Shown here: in pieces, positions 44,568-55,103 of the stretch
Layout: each line of letters opens with the position of its first letter
Numbering within the stretch: position 1 is the first letter of the stretch
Assembly (NCBI GenBank): GCA_027592325.1
Contig: JAQCKO010000003.1
Location: 941 to 64,940 of the forward strand
Reading direction: 5' to 3'
Source of the DNA: a bacterium
GTDB lineage: Bacteria > Patescibacteriota > Patescibacteriia > UBA9934
Length of the DNA stretch: 64,000 bases
Position numbers and translations under genes: made by a program
The notes under the pieces: generated by a model
What the model saw: only the letters and a program-made list of their open reading frames with translations
Database searches by the model: none
What the model was told of the DNA's origin: nothing

Positions 44568-45281
44568 ATGAGAACAATTCATACAGTTTACAAACGTATA
44601 GGAGAAACGCCGCTTCAGGCGCTAGAGCGGTATCGTGACGAGGCTGGAATTTCTGACGATGTCCCTATGACCTATGCAGGGAGGCTCGATCCGATGGCGG
44701 AAGGGCTTCTTCTTGTCTTGTCGCATGGACAGTGTAAAGCAAAAGAGCAATTTTTATCGCTCGATAAAACCTATCAAGCCTCCGTATTACTCGGCTTTCA
44801 AACCGATAGTTTCGATATTCTCGGAAACGTTGTATCGATACCGCTTTGTGATGTGGATCGGAGTACATCGATTCTCTTTTCACTTAATGGCTCACCATCA
44901 CTGCAAATACCTCCATACGCTTCAGTTCCTGTGGACGGAAAACCGCTTCAAGCATGGGCGAGGGAAGGGGTAATGAAATATGCCGAGCGTACCATGCGTA
45001 TTCTTGCGATAAGTGATGTGATAGTTGAACCAATGCAGGGATGGGCGGTTTTCGATCACATTTCAAAACGCATTCAGGCGGTAGACGGCGATTTTCGTCA
45101 ATACGAAATTCTTGCAAGATGGCGAGCAGTCGTGAACAAAAAATTGAGCTATCAGATTATACATTTCACCATTGATGTTGCATCAGGGACGTATATTCGT
45201 TCCATTGCAAATGCAATGGGCGGTACATTGTTTACCTTGAGAAGGACACGCATTGGCTCTTGGAAAGAAGAGCAGCCCTAG
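44568..45281 (+). CDS. truB: tRNA pseudouridine synthase, TruB family
   Basis: AGRLDPMAEGLL (catalytic Asp motif), LDKTYQA and GTYIRSIANAMG. Start trimmed to ATG 44568. Confidence 0.7.
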   Translation: MRTIHTVYKRIGETPLQALERYRDEAGISDDVPMTYAGRLDPMAEGLLLVLSHGQCKAKEQFLSLDKTYQASVLLGFQTDSFDILGNVVSIPLCDVDRSTSILFSLNGSPSLQIPPYASVPVDGKPLQAWAREGVMKYAERTMRILAISDVIVEPMQGWAVFDHISKRIQAVDGDFRQYEILARWRAVVNKKLSYQIIHFTIDVASGTYIRSIANAMGGTLFTLRRTRIGSWKEEQP

Positions 45282-45316
45282 ACGCGTTGTCGTCTATGGG
45301 CTGCAGTCGGCGATCA

Positions 45317-45580
45317 TTACTTGTCTTCATCTCCGCCGAACACCCTATGGGCGAGTGATTCCACTGCTCTCACCGCGCGTTTGCGCAACCCGGGTGGCAG
45401 CATTGCTCGATCCATGACGAGCTCTGGTACGTCTGCGGTCATGACCCACTTCCCACACTCCCGACAACGCATTAGATGGCCGTGAAGATCATCCGGAATT
45501 TCTTTTCCGGTTGAATCACGGACCACGTACTTCGGATATTCTTCACGAAAAGAATTGCAATTCATGCTTCCCTCCAGCAT
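45317..45580 (-). CDS. small zinc-finger protein (anti-sigma zf-HC2-like H-x3-C-x2-C)
   Basis: HGHLMRCRECGKW. No sigma factor gene adjacent. Confidence 0.35.
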   Translation of the reverse strand: MLEGSMNCNSFREEYPKYVVRDSTGKEIPDDLHGHLMRCRECGKWVMTADVPELVMDRAMLPPGLRKRAVRAVESLAHRVFGGDEDK

Positions 45581-45677
45581 GCTACGGTAGCAAAATCTTC
45601 TCGTATTGTCAACTCAACACCCGCTTATCCACGAAGATTCGCTATCGCATAACTGTCACCTGCTATACTAACCGTAT

Positions 45678-46313
45678 ATGCCAAAGTACTCAGCAAAACC
45701 GCATTCGTCGCTAACTGTGATGATGACGCTCATCGTGTTTATATTGTCGGTCACATTTTTTCTCCTCACCATCACGGCTGTTATTGACGATGTCACGCCA
45801 ATCTCGATGACTCAAACCGCTCAGGAACAGGGTGCATATGCAGGGCCGGTTGTTGAATTGCGGTTTTCCTCTGATGAACCTGATTCGCTCTTAACGAAGG
45901 TACAATCTCTCACTGCGGGTGACGTATTTACTGCAGATGGTTTATACGCGCAGAGTGAAGAGTGCGGGACCAATAGGCGAAAGGCATATTATGAAGATCT
46001 AATGCAGGAATTGCGTGATGTTCCAATGAATCGTTACAATTTCATGTACACAGGTGCGAGTCAATTACCGTCTGATTATATTGTTTCCGTAATGCCCAAT
46101 GAAGCTGGCTATGAATCACTTGAAGAATTCAAGCTCGATTTTAATCTCTGCTTTGCAGGAGGAGATTACTATCCAACGGCACTAGATGTAGATTATTTGT
46201 ACTTTGCAAGCAGTTGTGGAACTGGTTTTGGTGATGGAAGTACCCTTCCGGTGGGATGCGCCGAAGCGAAACGCATTGTTGAAACGGAAACCGATATCAT
46301 TGTCAAAAAATAA
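45678..46313 (+). CDS. membrane-anchored hypothetical protein
   Basis: N-terminal TM. Stop immediately precedes the start of the giant surface protein. Confidence 0.5.
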   Translation: MPKYSAKPHSSLTVMMTLIVFILSVTFFLLTITAVIDDVTPISMTQTAQEQGAYAGPVVELRFSSDEPDSLLTKVQSLTAGDVFTADGLYAQSEECGTNRRKAYYEDLMQELRDVPMNRYNFMYTGASQLPSDYIVSVMPNEAGYESLEEFKLDFNLCFAGGDYYPTALDVDYLYFASSCGTGFGDGSTLPVGCAEAKRIVETETDIIVKK

Positions 46314-46314
46314 T

Positions 46315-49300
46315 ATGAGAACAGCACAGGGAGGCAATTTTGCGCATAAGCAGCTACGCTTTGCATTAATTTTTGCAACATTCATCATTTCATTTGTCGT
46401 CATCGCGCTTGCAACGACACTCAATCCTCAGGCGGCAAATATTTCATGGACAGGAAATGGAGATGGAACGACTTGGACTAGTGGAGCAAATTGGCAAGGA
46501 GGGACATCCCCAGGAGCAAATGACACGGCATTCATCAATAGTGGAAGTAACAACATCGTCATTGATCAGCATATTAACGTCGGAAGAATAGTCGTGTCGT
46601 CAAGCTTCTCTGGAACTATTACACAGCAAGGGAATAAAACGATGACTGTAGGGTCAAGCGGTATTACTATGAATGGAGGATCGTTTACCGGAGGGGACGG
46701 CGCCATTACCGTTAACGGTCCGTTCACACTTGGCTCTGCAGGTACAGCAATTTGGACAACCACAAGCGGAACAACGGACTTCGGAGGCAATATCATCATC
46801 GGAGCAACAGGAACGTTCAACCACAATAGTGGTTCGGTTGTCATTAGTGAATCTTCAAGCATTTCTATTCAAAATGCATCAGTAAACGATTTTAATGTCC
46901 TTTCACTTGCTGCAAGCGGAAAGACCACCACACTTGCAACCGATGTATATGCGGCGGCTCTTACACTTTCTGGTGGAACATATGCAAATAGTACCTATAA
47001 TACCCATGTAACTGGAAACGGAACAATTTTCACCAATGCAAGCGCGGCGACCGTAAGCGGTGCAGGAGACTTCTACTTTGTTGCAGATGGGGGAGATGCA
47101 ACTATTGGCGCACTTAGCTCTACAGCGGACGTAGATGTGTTCTTTCGCGCGACTGGCGATCATTCGCTTACACTTGCTGGTGTAATGAACCTCTCTTCAA
47201 CATCAGGTATTGCTGTAAATACATCGGGATATACCGGTAATACAGCAACATTTGCTTCTGGAAACTACGCGATAACTGCTGGCGAATTCTATATTGGTCA
47301 ATCGGGCAGTTCTGAAAATCATGGAGTTGCCAACTTTGGTTCCTCCATTGTTTCGCTCGATACACTGAGAAGTTATAGCTCCGGTTCTGAATTTAATTTT
47401 GGAAGTGCGTCTGTGACAACATCTGGCGACCTAAATCTTTCTGTCGGTACACTGACTGCCGGTACTTCTACGATCACATTTACAGACCCTAATTCTGCGA
47501 CACTCACTGCGAATCAAGGCCTCAATAATTTGACTTTTTCAGGTGGTGGTACATATACACTTAGTCAGAACACTGATATCAATGGCACACTCACGATTTC
47601 AGATGGAATACTGAATCTCAGTTCTGGGAATCGCACAATGAATTTTGCCGGTGACGTCACGATTGGGGCAAGTGGCTCCATTACATTCGGATCAGGTTCT
47701 ATCATTTTCGACGGTACGACAACCCTGACTGACAGTGCAGCTCTCACCTGGCAAAATGTTCAAACAAGCGGTACGGCTGCCGTAACGCAAGCATCGTCGC
47801 TTACTTTAGACGAACTGTCACTAGCGGCAAATACCTCCTGGGCAACAGCCGGGAACACGTTCGAAATTGTTTCATCGCTCTCAAACGAGGGAACTGTTAC
47901 TGTCCAAGGAAATGAGACCATTACACTCACACCAGGTAATGACACTGATAGCGGAACATTCAGCTACACCGGGCGTAATGCCTCTGAAACCCTAACTATC
48001 GCAGACTTCGGTGCGACGGATTATTACATTCTCATGATTAATGATGCGAATACGAATAAGGCGACATTCAACCTTGCTGATACTGCTGTACTTGCAGATG
48101 ATCTTATCGTAACTTCTGGAACGCTTGCGGGAAATGGCAACACAATGACGGTAGGAGGAGATGTACATCTAAACGGCGGAACAGTTAATTCACCAACGAC
48201 ACTTACCGTCGGAGGAAATTGGACCTTTGATTCTGGAACATTTACTGCTGCTGACGACACAACGGTACGGTTCACCGGATCACCAACGATTACTGGAGCA
48301 AATAGTTTTCATCACCTTTCCAAAACATCTGGTTCCGGAACGATCACGTTGCCGGCTAGCACAACGCAAACTATTGCAGGCAATTTAACGCTTCAAGGAA
48401 ACTCGTCGAACCAAATTACATTGAATTCCGCTTCAGACGGCTTAGCAGCTACTTTGGATGTTTCTGGAACCACTACCTTACAAGGACTGGCTGTAAAAGA
48501 CATTACTTTCACAAATGGGACAAATTGTTTCACAGCATGTACTGATAACGGAAACAATACAAATATCTCTTTTTCGGCAGCGACAACGCCAACCTCGCCA
48601 TTCGCCATCTCTTGTCCAGCACTGCCAAACCCTCGGTTACTTCTCACGTCGGTCGATAAAAGCGATCATCAGCTTGTTGCACGGTTTTCTGCTGATCATG
48701 GACGTGCAGGAACCGGAATTATCGTGAGTACGGATCCGTTTTTCAGAGGTGCAAGCTGGCTGCGACTCACAGACAATGCATCAATCGAGGTGAAGTTGCC
48801 ACAATTTAATAAAACAGGAAAGATCTACTTTATTGTACGTAATCTCTGTTATTCAAGCGGTGTTCGTAGCCTGACACTTTCAGAAGTCGATGGTGCAATC
48901 GTCAGTGATCTTGGAGAATCAGTAGCTATCGATCAACCATCTACTACAAACGAAACCACGACAGAGGCTATAAACGACGGCAGCACGGACACTGTTGACA
49001 CTATCACCGATGAACCAACAGACGATAGTGAAGAGATTTTGTTCATAGATGAAGATACATCTGTTATCGATGAACCAGAGACGAATGCGCCTGTTGTCGA
49101 CGCGGAGGATGATAGTGATATTCTAGAACCTGCTGAACTGATTGCCGGCATGTTGCTTCAGGCACCACAATCTCCGAATATTTACTACTACAGTGCGCAA
49201 GGTTTGCGGCATGAGTTCCGTTCAGAAGACCTGTTCTTTACTTGGTACGAAGATTTCAGTGGCATTACCCGCGTTCCGAATGACCAAATGAATGCGATCG

Positions 49301-49590
49301 CATTTGGTCGCCCTGTTACTGCGAGCCCAGGTGAAACGCTGGTAAAATTTGCAGGAAGCGACCGTGTATATGCCGTAGGATTCGGCGGTGTTCTTCGGTG
49401 GATATTTTCACCAGGTATGGCAGCATCGCTTTTCGGAACCAAATGGCCTGAACTCATCCAAATCACGAATAGCATCTTTTTCGGAGATTATTTGATGGGC
49501 GATCCGATCCTTAATTCTAACGATTACAACCCTGCACGCGAACAGGCTCCGAATCTTGATGCCGATTTAGAGCGTGTAAAGACGGAATAA
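46315..49590 (+). CDS. giant Thr/Ser/Gly/Asn-rich surface protein with probable parallel beta-helix repeats and acidic C-terminal region
   Basis: N-terminal signal/anchor and 700+ residues of low-complexity G/T/S/N repeats (GGTxT, SGxxTxxG). The Asp/Glu-rich stretch ETNAPVVDAEDDSD is about 210 residues before the C-terminus. Start trimmed to ATG 46315. Confidence 0.65.
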   Translation: MRTAQGGNFAHKQLRFALIFATFIISFVVIALATTLNPQAANISWTGNGDGTTWTSGANWQGGTSPGANDTAFINSGSNNIVIDQHINVGRIVVSSSFSGTITQQGNKTMTVGSSGITMNGGSFTGGDGAITVNGPFTLGSAGTAIWTTTSGTTDFGGNIIIGATGTFNHNSGSVVISESSSISIQNASVNDFNVLSLAASGKTTTLATDVYAAALTLSGGTYANSTYNTHVTGNGTIFTNASAATVSGAGDFYFVADGGDATIGALSSTADVDVFFRATGDHSLTLAGVMNLSSTSGIAVNTSGYTGNTATFASGNYAITAGEFYIGQSGSSENHGVANFGSSIVSLDTLRSYSSGSEFNFGSASVTTSGDLNLSVGTLTAGTSTITFTDPNSATLTANQGLNNLTFSGGGTYTLSQNTDINGTLTISDGILNLSSGNRTMNFAGDVTIGASGSITFGSGSIIFDGTTTLTDSAALTWQNVQTSGTAAVTQASSLTLDELSLAANTSWATAGNTFEIVSSLSNEGTVTVQGNETITLTPGNDTDSGTFSYTGRNASETLTIADFGATDYYILMINDANTNKATFNLADTAVLADDLIVTSGTLAGNGNTMTVGGDVHLNGGTVNSPTTLTVGGNWTFDSGTFTAADDTTVRFTGSPTITGANSFHHLSKTSGSGTITLPASTTQTIAGNLTLQGNSSNQITLNSASDGLAATLDVSGTTTLQGLAVKDITFTNGTNCFTACTDNGNNTNISFSAATTPTSPFAISCPALPNPRLLLTSVDKSDHQLVARFSADHGRAGTGIIVSTDPFFRGASWLRLTDNASIEVKLPQFNKTGKIYFIVRNLCYSSGVRSLTLSEVDGAIVSDLGESVAIDQPSTTNETTTEAINDGSTDTVDTITDEPTDDSEEILFIDEDTSVIDEPETNAPVVDAEDDSDILEPAELIAGMLLQAPQSPNIYYYSAQGLRHEFRSEDLFFTWYEDFSGITRVPNDQMNAIAFGRPVTASPGETLVKFAGSDRVYAVGFGGVLRWIFSPGMAASLFGTKWPELIQITNSIFFGDYLMGDPILNSNDYNPAREQAPNLDADLERVKTE

Positions 49591-49619
49591 AAAAACATCC
49601 CCCGGAAGGGGGATGTTTT
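49591..49619. terminator. bidirectional intrinsic terminator
   Basis: AAAAA-CATCCCCC-GGAA-GGGGGATG-TTTT between convergent genes. Confidence 0.7.
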
Positions 49620-50232
49620 ATCGAATGATATATTGTTTCGTATGTTCATCTTGCTCAATGTCTTTTGCGTGGATCATTTCCCCGATCGCTCTCGTGACAG
49701 TAACGCGATTTAACCCTGTTAACTTAGCAAGACGCGCATGTGTTAATCGACGTGATGACGTATCGTTTCGTATCGCATGAAGAATCTTCTCCTTCGCAGA
49801 TCCGTTACAAATCTTCAATCGTTCCTGATACTGTTCAATTCTATCTGCCACCAACCGTAGAGTACGAAGGAGAATCTCAGGACGCTTTGCAAAAAGATTC
49901 AGAAGATCTTGTACGGCAAAAGTATAAATGATGGAAGCGGCCTTCGCCTCAGCAAAGTGATTTGAGACTGCTGGTTTTGTAGTGATATTCCCGAATACAT
50001 CTCCTGATTTTAGCTCCTCAAGGAGAATCCGTCCGGTTTCAGATTCGGAGTAGAGAAGCACAGCACCATCATCAATCACATACAGGCGGTCTAAAAACGC
50101 ACCCGGCTTATATAAATGCTCGTCAGCGGTAATTTTACGTCTCGTGCCCCCTTCGCAGATTTGAAGTAGGTCTTCTTGGCTTATACCGGAGAAGAGATCA
50201 ATATCTTGTAAATACCAACAGGCTTTTGTCAT
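49618..50232 (-). CDS. Crp/Fnr-family transcriptional regulator
   Basis: cNMP-binding-like N-terminal domain and C-terminal HTH RLTHARLAKLTGLNRVTVTRAIGEM. Confidence 0.75.
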   Translation of the reverse strand: MTKACWYLQDIDLFSGISQEDLLQICEGGTRRKITADEHLYKPGAFLDRLYVIDDGAVLLYSESETGRILLEELKSGDVFGNITTKPAVSNHFAEAKAASIIYTFAVQDLLNLFAKRPEILLRTLRLVADRIEQYQERLKICNGSAKEKILHAIRNDTSSRRLTHARLAKLTGLNRVTVTRAIGEMIHAKDIEQDEHTKQYIIR

Positions 50233-50237
50233 AGTGG

Positions 50238-51143
50238 TTGATAGGTTACCATACGATTATGTTGAGTCTACTTCTTGCTTGGTACACCGATGAAGGTCGA
50301 GATTTACCTTGGCGCAAGACGAACAATCCGTATCACATTTTGGTTTCCGAAATGATGCTCCAGCAAACACAGGTTCTGCGTGTTTTAGCATATTATCCAC
50401 GCTTTCTCGATATGTTTCCAAATTGGGAAATACTTGCGAATGCCACAAATAGTCAAATGATCGAAGCCTGGGCAGGCCTGGGATACAATCGTAGAGCACT
50501 CATGCTAAGGGATATCGCTCGGCACGTTGTACAATATGGTGAACCGACGAAGAGGGAAGGGTGGCTGGTATTACGTGGAATTGGTCCGTATACATCGGCG
50601 GCTATCGCCATATTTGCTGATCAAGAAATTGTCATGCCCATCGACACAAATACGCGGAGAGTGCTCGCGCGTCTCTATCTTTCAAAACCATACCCAGGCA
50701 TGAAAGATGATGCACTGCTCGAGACAATTGGTACCAATGAGCTCGCGAATATCGAGCATGCACGAGAAATCCCCCAAGCACTGTTTGATTTAGGATCAAG
50801 CTATTGCGGAAAAATTCCTGATTGCGCCAATTGCCCAATGCGAAGTGTATGTGCGTCAGCAGAGCTTTTCCTTAGTGGTGACGTTAAGGTTCCAAAAAGA
50901 ATGGTAAAAAAAGCAAATGAACGCATACAGGACGGAAAGAACTCTCCCGATCGCATTTATCGTGGAAGAATCTTGAAACTCATTCGTGAAAATGCTGGGC
51001 TAACGCGTAATACTATCGGTCCACGTATCGACAATACCTATGCGGCAAAAGATCAAGAATGGATAGATGCGATGATCGATCGACTCATCAAGGATGGAAT
51101 GCTCGAAGAGCGGAAAAAGGGGCTTTATTTGTCGAGTGCATAG
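50238..51143 (+). CDS. mutY: A/G-specific adenine DNA glycosylase (MutY family, HhH-GPD with 4Fe-4S loop)
   Basis: WYTDEGRDLPWR, LQQTQV, HhH LRGIGPYTSAAI and a Cys cluster CANCPMRSVC. 301 aa, with no obvious NUDIX-like C-terminal domain. Confidence 0.7.
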   Translation: MIGYHTIMLSLLLAWYTDEGRDLPWRKTNNPYHILVSEMMLQQTQVLRVLAYYPRFLDMFPNWEILANATNSQMIEAWAGLGYNRRALMLRDIARHVVQYGEPTKREGWLVLRGIGPYTSAAIAIFADQEIVMPIDTNTRRVLARLYLSKPYPGMKDDALLETIGTNELANIEHAREIPQALFDLGSSYCGKIPDCANCPMRSVCASAELFLSGDVKVPKRMVKKANERIQDGKNSPDRIYRGRILKLIRENAGLTRNTIGPRIDNTYAAKDQEWIDAMIDRLIKDGMLEERKKGLYLSSA

Positions 51144-51892
51144 CAATACATATCATGTAGAAGAATCGCTGCTGCGCTTCCGACATTCAGCGATTCTACG
51201 TCGCTTGAGTGGTCAATATACAGGCTAGGCGCGCGAAAATCTGTTTGAATCCCTTGTCCTTCTGAACCAAAGATAAACATATGCGAGTCATCTTGCAGCA
51301 CCTTTCGATGCTTCATTGCGTGTTCGGTTTTTTCTATGCGGTAAATTGATCTCTCAAGCGAGGCAAGAAATCCACCAAACTCTCTGCGTGGTTTTTCTAT
51401 CCATGGCGTGTGAAACATATTCCCGGCAGATGAGCGAATAACTTTCCCGCTCGTTGGGTCCGCCGATTCCACGAAGATAAGTGATGCCTTAAATGCGCGT
51501 GCCAGACGTATAATCGTTCCGACATTTCCCGGATCCTGTACGCCATCAAGCACGACCACCGTCGCATGTGCAAGGATCTCTTCTTCCGTCCATTTTGGAA
51601 CACGCACTACCGCAGCAATGTCTTGCGGCGTTTGACTATCCATGAATTCATCAAATCGAGGAGTATCTTCACGTGTGAATGTATATTCCACGTGTTCGGC
51701 AGCTGATGCAATATGTTTTGCACCCTCTACGATGCAAAGACCCAGCTCACGCCGGTATTTTTTCTGTGATAGCGACTTAATTTGCTTTTCCTGCGACGTT
51801 GTGAGCATAGTATTGTTATACTCTAACAGAATACTATGATTTTTACGACAACCGACATTAAGAGAGAATATACGATTCTCGGCGTAGTTCAA
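51125..51892 (-). CDS. SpoU/TrmH-family RNA 2'-O-methyltransferase
   Basis: VVLDGVQDPGNVGTIIRLARAF and a C-terminal SLNVGSAAAILL SPOUT knot motif. Confidence 0.8.
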   Translation of the reverse strand: MNYAENRIFSLNVGCRKNHSILLEYNNTMLTTSQEKQIKSLSQKKYRRELGLCIVEGAKHIASAAEHVEYTFTREDTPRFDEFMDSQTPQDIAAVVRVPKWTEEEILAHATVVVLDGVQDPGNVGTIIRLARAFKASLIFVESADPTSGKVIRSSAGNMFHTPWIEKPRREFGGFLASLERSIYRIEKTEHAMKHRKVLQDDSHMFIFGSEGQGIQTDFRAPSLYIDHSSDVESLNVGSAAAILLHDMYCYALDK

Positions 51893-52141
51893 GGCAGTAC
51901 AATACGCGCACGTGGAATTGGATTCGATATTACGGCTGGCCTGCGGTCTATTTTTGGCGGGGAAGTGCCGGAGTACTCAAAGCTTCTCAAAGATTCGCGC
52001 GCCGAAGCTATGGAGCGACTAGAACAAGAGGCAAGAAGATTAGGTGCTGATGCGGTTGTAGGAGTACGGTTTACTTCATCGGCTGTATTGCAAGGTGCCT
52101 CAGAAATTCTTGCATTTGGAACTGCCGTGAAATTCAAATAA
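51836..52141 (+). CDS. YbjQ/UPF0145 family protein
   Basis: IFTTTDIKREYTILGVVQGSTIRARGIGFD...VVGVRF pattern. 101 aa. Confidence 0.65.
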   Translation: MIFTTTDIKREYTILGVVQGSTIRARGIGFDITAGLRSIFGGEVPEYSKLLKDSRAEAMERLEQEARRLGADAVVGVRFTSSAVLQGASEILAFGTAVKFK

Positions 52142-52143
52142 CT

Positions 52144-52866
52144 ATGGCAGAAGGAGGATTATTTGAAATAACTCAAGAGGTGAGCGTGTTACTACCTACG
52201 CTTCCCGTTGAAGACCTTAGTCGATATATTCATCGATCGTTCATTTTTCACTCACCATTCGTACAGCTCGCCATTTCGTTCTTCGTGCTCACGATCGTTT
52301 TTTTTATCTTTCAATTCCGCATCACTGAAAACGCACAGAATGGCCGTACGTCTTCACCATCTTTATTTTCGGGGATTCGATTGCTAGGCGGTTTAAAAGC
52401 ACTCTTTCTCGCCATGACCGTATTTTTGTGTATTCAGCTCCTTGCGCCACCGTTTTTACCGTCCTCATTACCATACACACATCTTCCGTTAGAAGGAGTA
52501 TCTGCTGTGTCAAAAGGTAGCCGTCTTCATTTTATGTATACAGTGAAGAATACTTCAACCGAAGTATTACGTGAGGTGTATTTCACGAGTGACCTGTATC
52601 CGAATATTTCGATCATCCCAGACACACTGATTGTCTACACATATGGTGGTCTTGGTAGGGTGCACATCCCGTTTGTTACCGAGCGCGACTTGCTAGTCCT
52701 AGCTGGCGAACTGCAACCAGGCGATAGTTTCATTGTGCAATTCGAGGCATACATTCATGAACAAGCAAGCCGACAATTTGATCAAGAGTTGCTCATCACA
52801 TCGAGTGGTGGCAATGAACGCATCTCAAAAACAATTTATCTAAACGACGATTCATATGAGTATTGA
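52144..52866 (+). CDS. membrane protein, hypothetical
   Basis: 240 aa with 2-3 N-terminal TM helices. Confidence 0.45.
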   Translation: MAEGGLFEITQEVSVLLPTLPVEDLSRYIHRSFIFHSPFVQLAISFFVLTIVFFIFQFRITENAQNGRTSSPSLFSGIRLLGGLKALFLAMTVFLCIQLLAPPFLPSSLPYTHLPLEGVSAVSKGSRLHFMYTVKNTSTEVLREVYFTSDLYPNISIIPDTLIVYTYGGLGRVHIPFVTERDLLVLAGELQPGDSFIVQFEAYIHEQASRQFDQELLITSSGGNERISKTIYLNDDSYEY

Positions 52867-53329
52867 ACCAGGGAATACAGCACCTCAATTCTGTCTACCA
52901 AATCAACAAAACGCGCCCATTTGTTTAAATCATTATTTAGGGAAGTGGATTATTCTCTATTTCTATCCGAAAGATTATACGCCGGGCTGTACAATGGAGG
53001 CTTGTGCATTCCGTGACACGCATGAACAGCTACAGGCAAATGATGCCGTCATTCTTGGTGTGAGTTCTGATTCAGCTGTGAGGCATGCAAGCTTTTCAGA
53101 GAAATTCAATTTGCCATTCGAGCTACTTGCCGATACTGAAAAGATGGTCATGACGCAGTACGGAGCATGGGGCGAGAAGAAAAATTTTGGCCGAATATAT
53201 CAAGGGGTAAAGCGCATGACCTACATTATTGATCCAGAAGGGAACGTGGCAAAGGTCTTTAAAACGGTAAAGCCTGCCACGCATGCCAAGCAAGTTCTTG
53301 AAGCTCTTGAAACATTACAAACAAAATAA
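52856..53329 (+). CDS. bcp: peroxiredoxin Q / bacterioferritin comigratory protein
   Basis: FYPKDYTPGCTMEAC active site. 157 aa. Confidence 0.85.
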   Translation: MSIEPGNTAPQFCLPNQQNAPICLNHYLGKWIILYFYPKDYTPGCTMEACAFRDTHEQLQANDAVILGVSSDSAVRHASFSEKFNLPFELLADTEKMVMTQYGAWGEKKNFGRIYQGVKRMTYIIDPEGNVAKVFKTVKPATHAKQVLEALETLQTK

Positions 53330-53597
53330 GCGGTTACCCGCCTATTTTGTTTCTGCGTCCTGTTTTGCAAGGCGCTTTGCTTTCTTTTTACGTCGAATGC
53401 GCGCAGCAACCACTTCATTGGCTGCTTCAATCGCTCTGCGGCGCTTACGACCTAGTTGATGTCGTGTTGGCATAGAGAATAGTTAGACAAAGATTACCTG
53501 AGGAACCGGTTTTTGTCAAATAGACAGCAGTTACTCCTTCGTACTGAAACACTGGACAGATCCTGTACACAAGGTAAAGTAAAGAAAATCATGCATT

Positions 53598-55103
53598 ATG
53601 AAGATATTGACTGCTCAAGGTGACGTATTAGAACAGGGAGGAGGCCTCATGCTTATCGGGATGTTTCAACACGAAAATTTCCGTGAAGCGTTCATCGGAC
53701 GAGTAAATGATCGTACGAAAGATCGTGTAGAAAAAACGGCAAAGCATATTGCCTTTGAAGGAAAGGTCGGTCAGACCTTGCTTATTCCTGGTGGAGATGC
53801 CCTTGATGTCGATTTTGTCCTTGTTGTCGGACTCGGGAAACAGGCTGACTTGCATCTCGATACCATACGAAATGCAACAGGAGCCGCTATTCAAATTGCG
53901 CGTCAATACGGTCTTGGAAGCGTTGTTGCCGAGCTTCTCGGTGAAGATATAGAGACGTACGATCCACTTTTGCATGCAAAAGCAATGACAGAAGCAGCGC
54001 TTCTCGCGAGCTATGCATTCACAAATTACAAGGATGAAAAACCTCATCAAAAACTCGTTTCACTCACGCTTGTGATTGAAGATGCAAATGATGTTCAAGC
54101 AGCGAAAAAAGGGATCGAACTTGCTGAAACAATTATCGATGGCGTTACGGTCGCGCGTGACCTTGTAAACACACCTGGTCAGGACATGACACCAAAACGC
54201 CTTGCGGCTGCAGCGACAGAAATCGCAAAGCTTTCTGCAGGGGCCGTAACGGTGAAGATCCTTGGAAGAAAAGAATGCGAAAAACGCAAAATGGGAGCGT
54301 ATCTTGCGGTTGCGCAAGGGTCACATGAAGAGCCTCAGTTTATTCACCTCAGTTATAAACCTGAAAAGCGTGCGAAAAAGCGCATTGCTCTCATTGGAAA
54401 AGGTGTCACCTTTGACTCAGGTGGTCTTTCTATTAAGCCATCAAGCGGAATGGAGACAATGAAATGCGACATGGCAGGTGGGGCAGCCGTCCTTGGAACA
54501 TTTGCGACGCTTGCTCGATTACGTCCTGAAGTCGAAATTCATGGCATCATTGCTGCAACCGAGAATATGCCGTCTGATACAGCCATTCGTCCAGGAGACA
54601 TTGTCCGAGCTTCGAACGGAATGTCGATTGAAATTCTCAACACTGACGCAGAAGGAAGGCTCACGCTTGCCGATGCACTTCATTATGCCGCACAGCAAAA
54701 ACCTGAAGTGATGATTGATCTTGCAACACTTACAGGCGCTTGCGTTGTCGCGCTTGGAGAAGAAATTTCTGCAGCGATGTCGACAAATGATGAACTTCGC
54801 GCTCAGATTCTTTCTGCAGCAAATCGTTCAGGGGAAAATATGTGGCCCATGCCACTTGAGAAAAACTATGCAATGTTAATGGAATCTGACATTGCAGATT
54901 TACGCAATATTTCAACCTCGCGCTATGGTGGATCACTCACAGCGGGTCTGTTCCTGAAAAATTTCGTCCCAGAGGAAATTCCTTGGGTGCACCTTGATAT
55001 TGCAGGTCCAGCATTCGCTGAGCGGCCAATCGGAAAATATCTAGGAAAAGGAGCAACGGGGTATGGAGTACGCACACTCGTCGAATATATTCGAGGAATT
55101 TAG
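53598..55103 (+). CDS. pepA: leucyl aminopeptidase (M17)
   Basis: NTDAEGRLTLAD signature and GKGVTFDSGG. 501 aa. Confidence 0.85.
   Translation: MKILTAQGDVLEQGGGLMLIGMFQHENFREAFIGRVNDRTKDRVEKTAKHIAFEGKVGQTLLIPGGDALDVDFVLVVGLGKQADLHLDTIRNATGAAIQIARQYGLGSVVAELLGEDIETYDPLLHAKAMTEAALLASYAFTNYKDEKPHQKLVSLTLVIEDANDVQAAKKGIELAETIIDGVTVARDLVNTPGQDMTPKRLAAAATEIAKLSAGAVTVKILGRKECEKRKMGAYLAVAQGSHEEPQFIHLSYKPEKRAKKRIALIGKGVTFDSGGLSIKPSSGMETMKCDMAGGAAVLGTFATLARLRPEVEIHGIIAATENMPSDTAIRPGDIVRASNGMSIEILNTDAEGRLTLADALHYAAQQKPEVMIDLATLTGACVVALGEEISAAMSTNDELRAQILSAANRSGENMWPMPLEKNYAMLMESDIADLRNISTSRYGGSLTAGLFLKNFVPEEIPWVHLDIAGPAFAERPIGKYLGKGATGYGVRTLVEYIRGI

Noticed and set aside
46373-48727. Numerous 60-100-aa ORFs on both strands within the giant surface-protein gene
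   Set aside because: Low-complexity repeat DNA generates open frames in all phases. Only the long plus frame is continuous for more than 1000 codons, with signal peptide and consistent composition.
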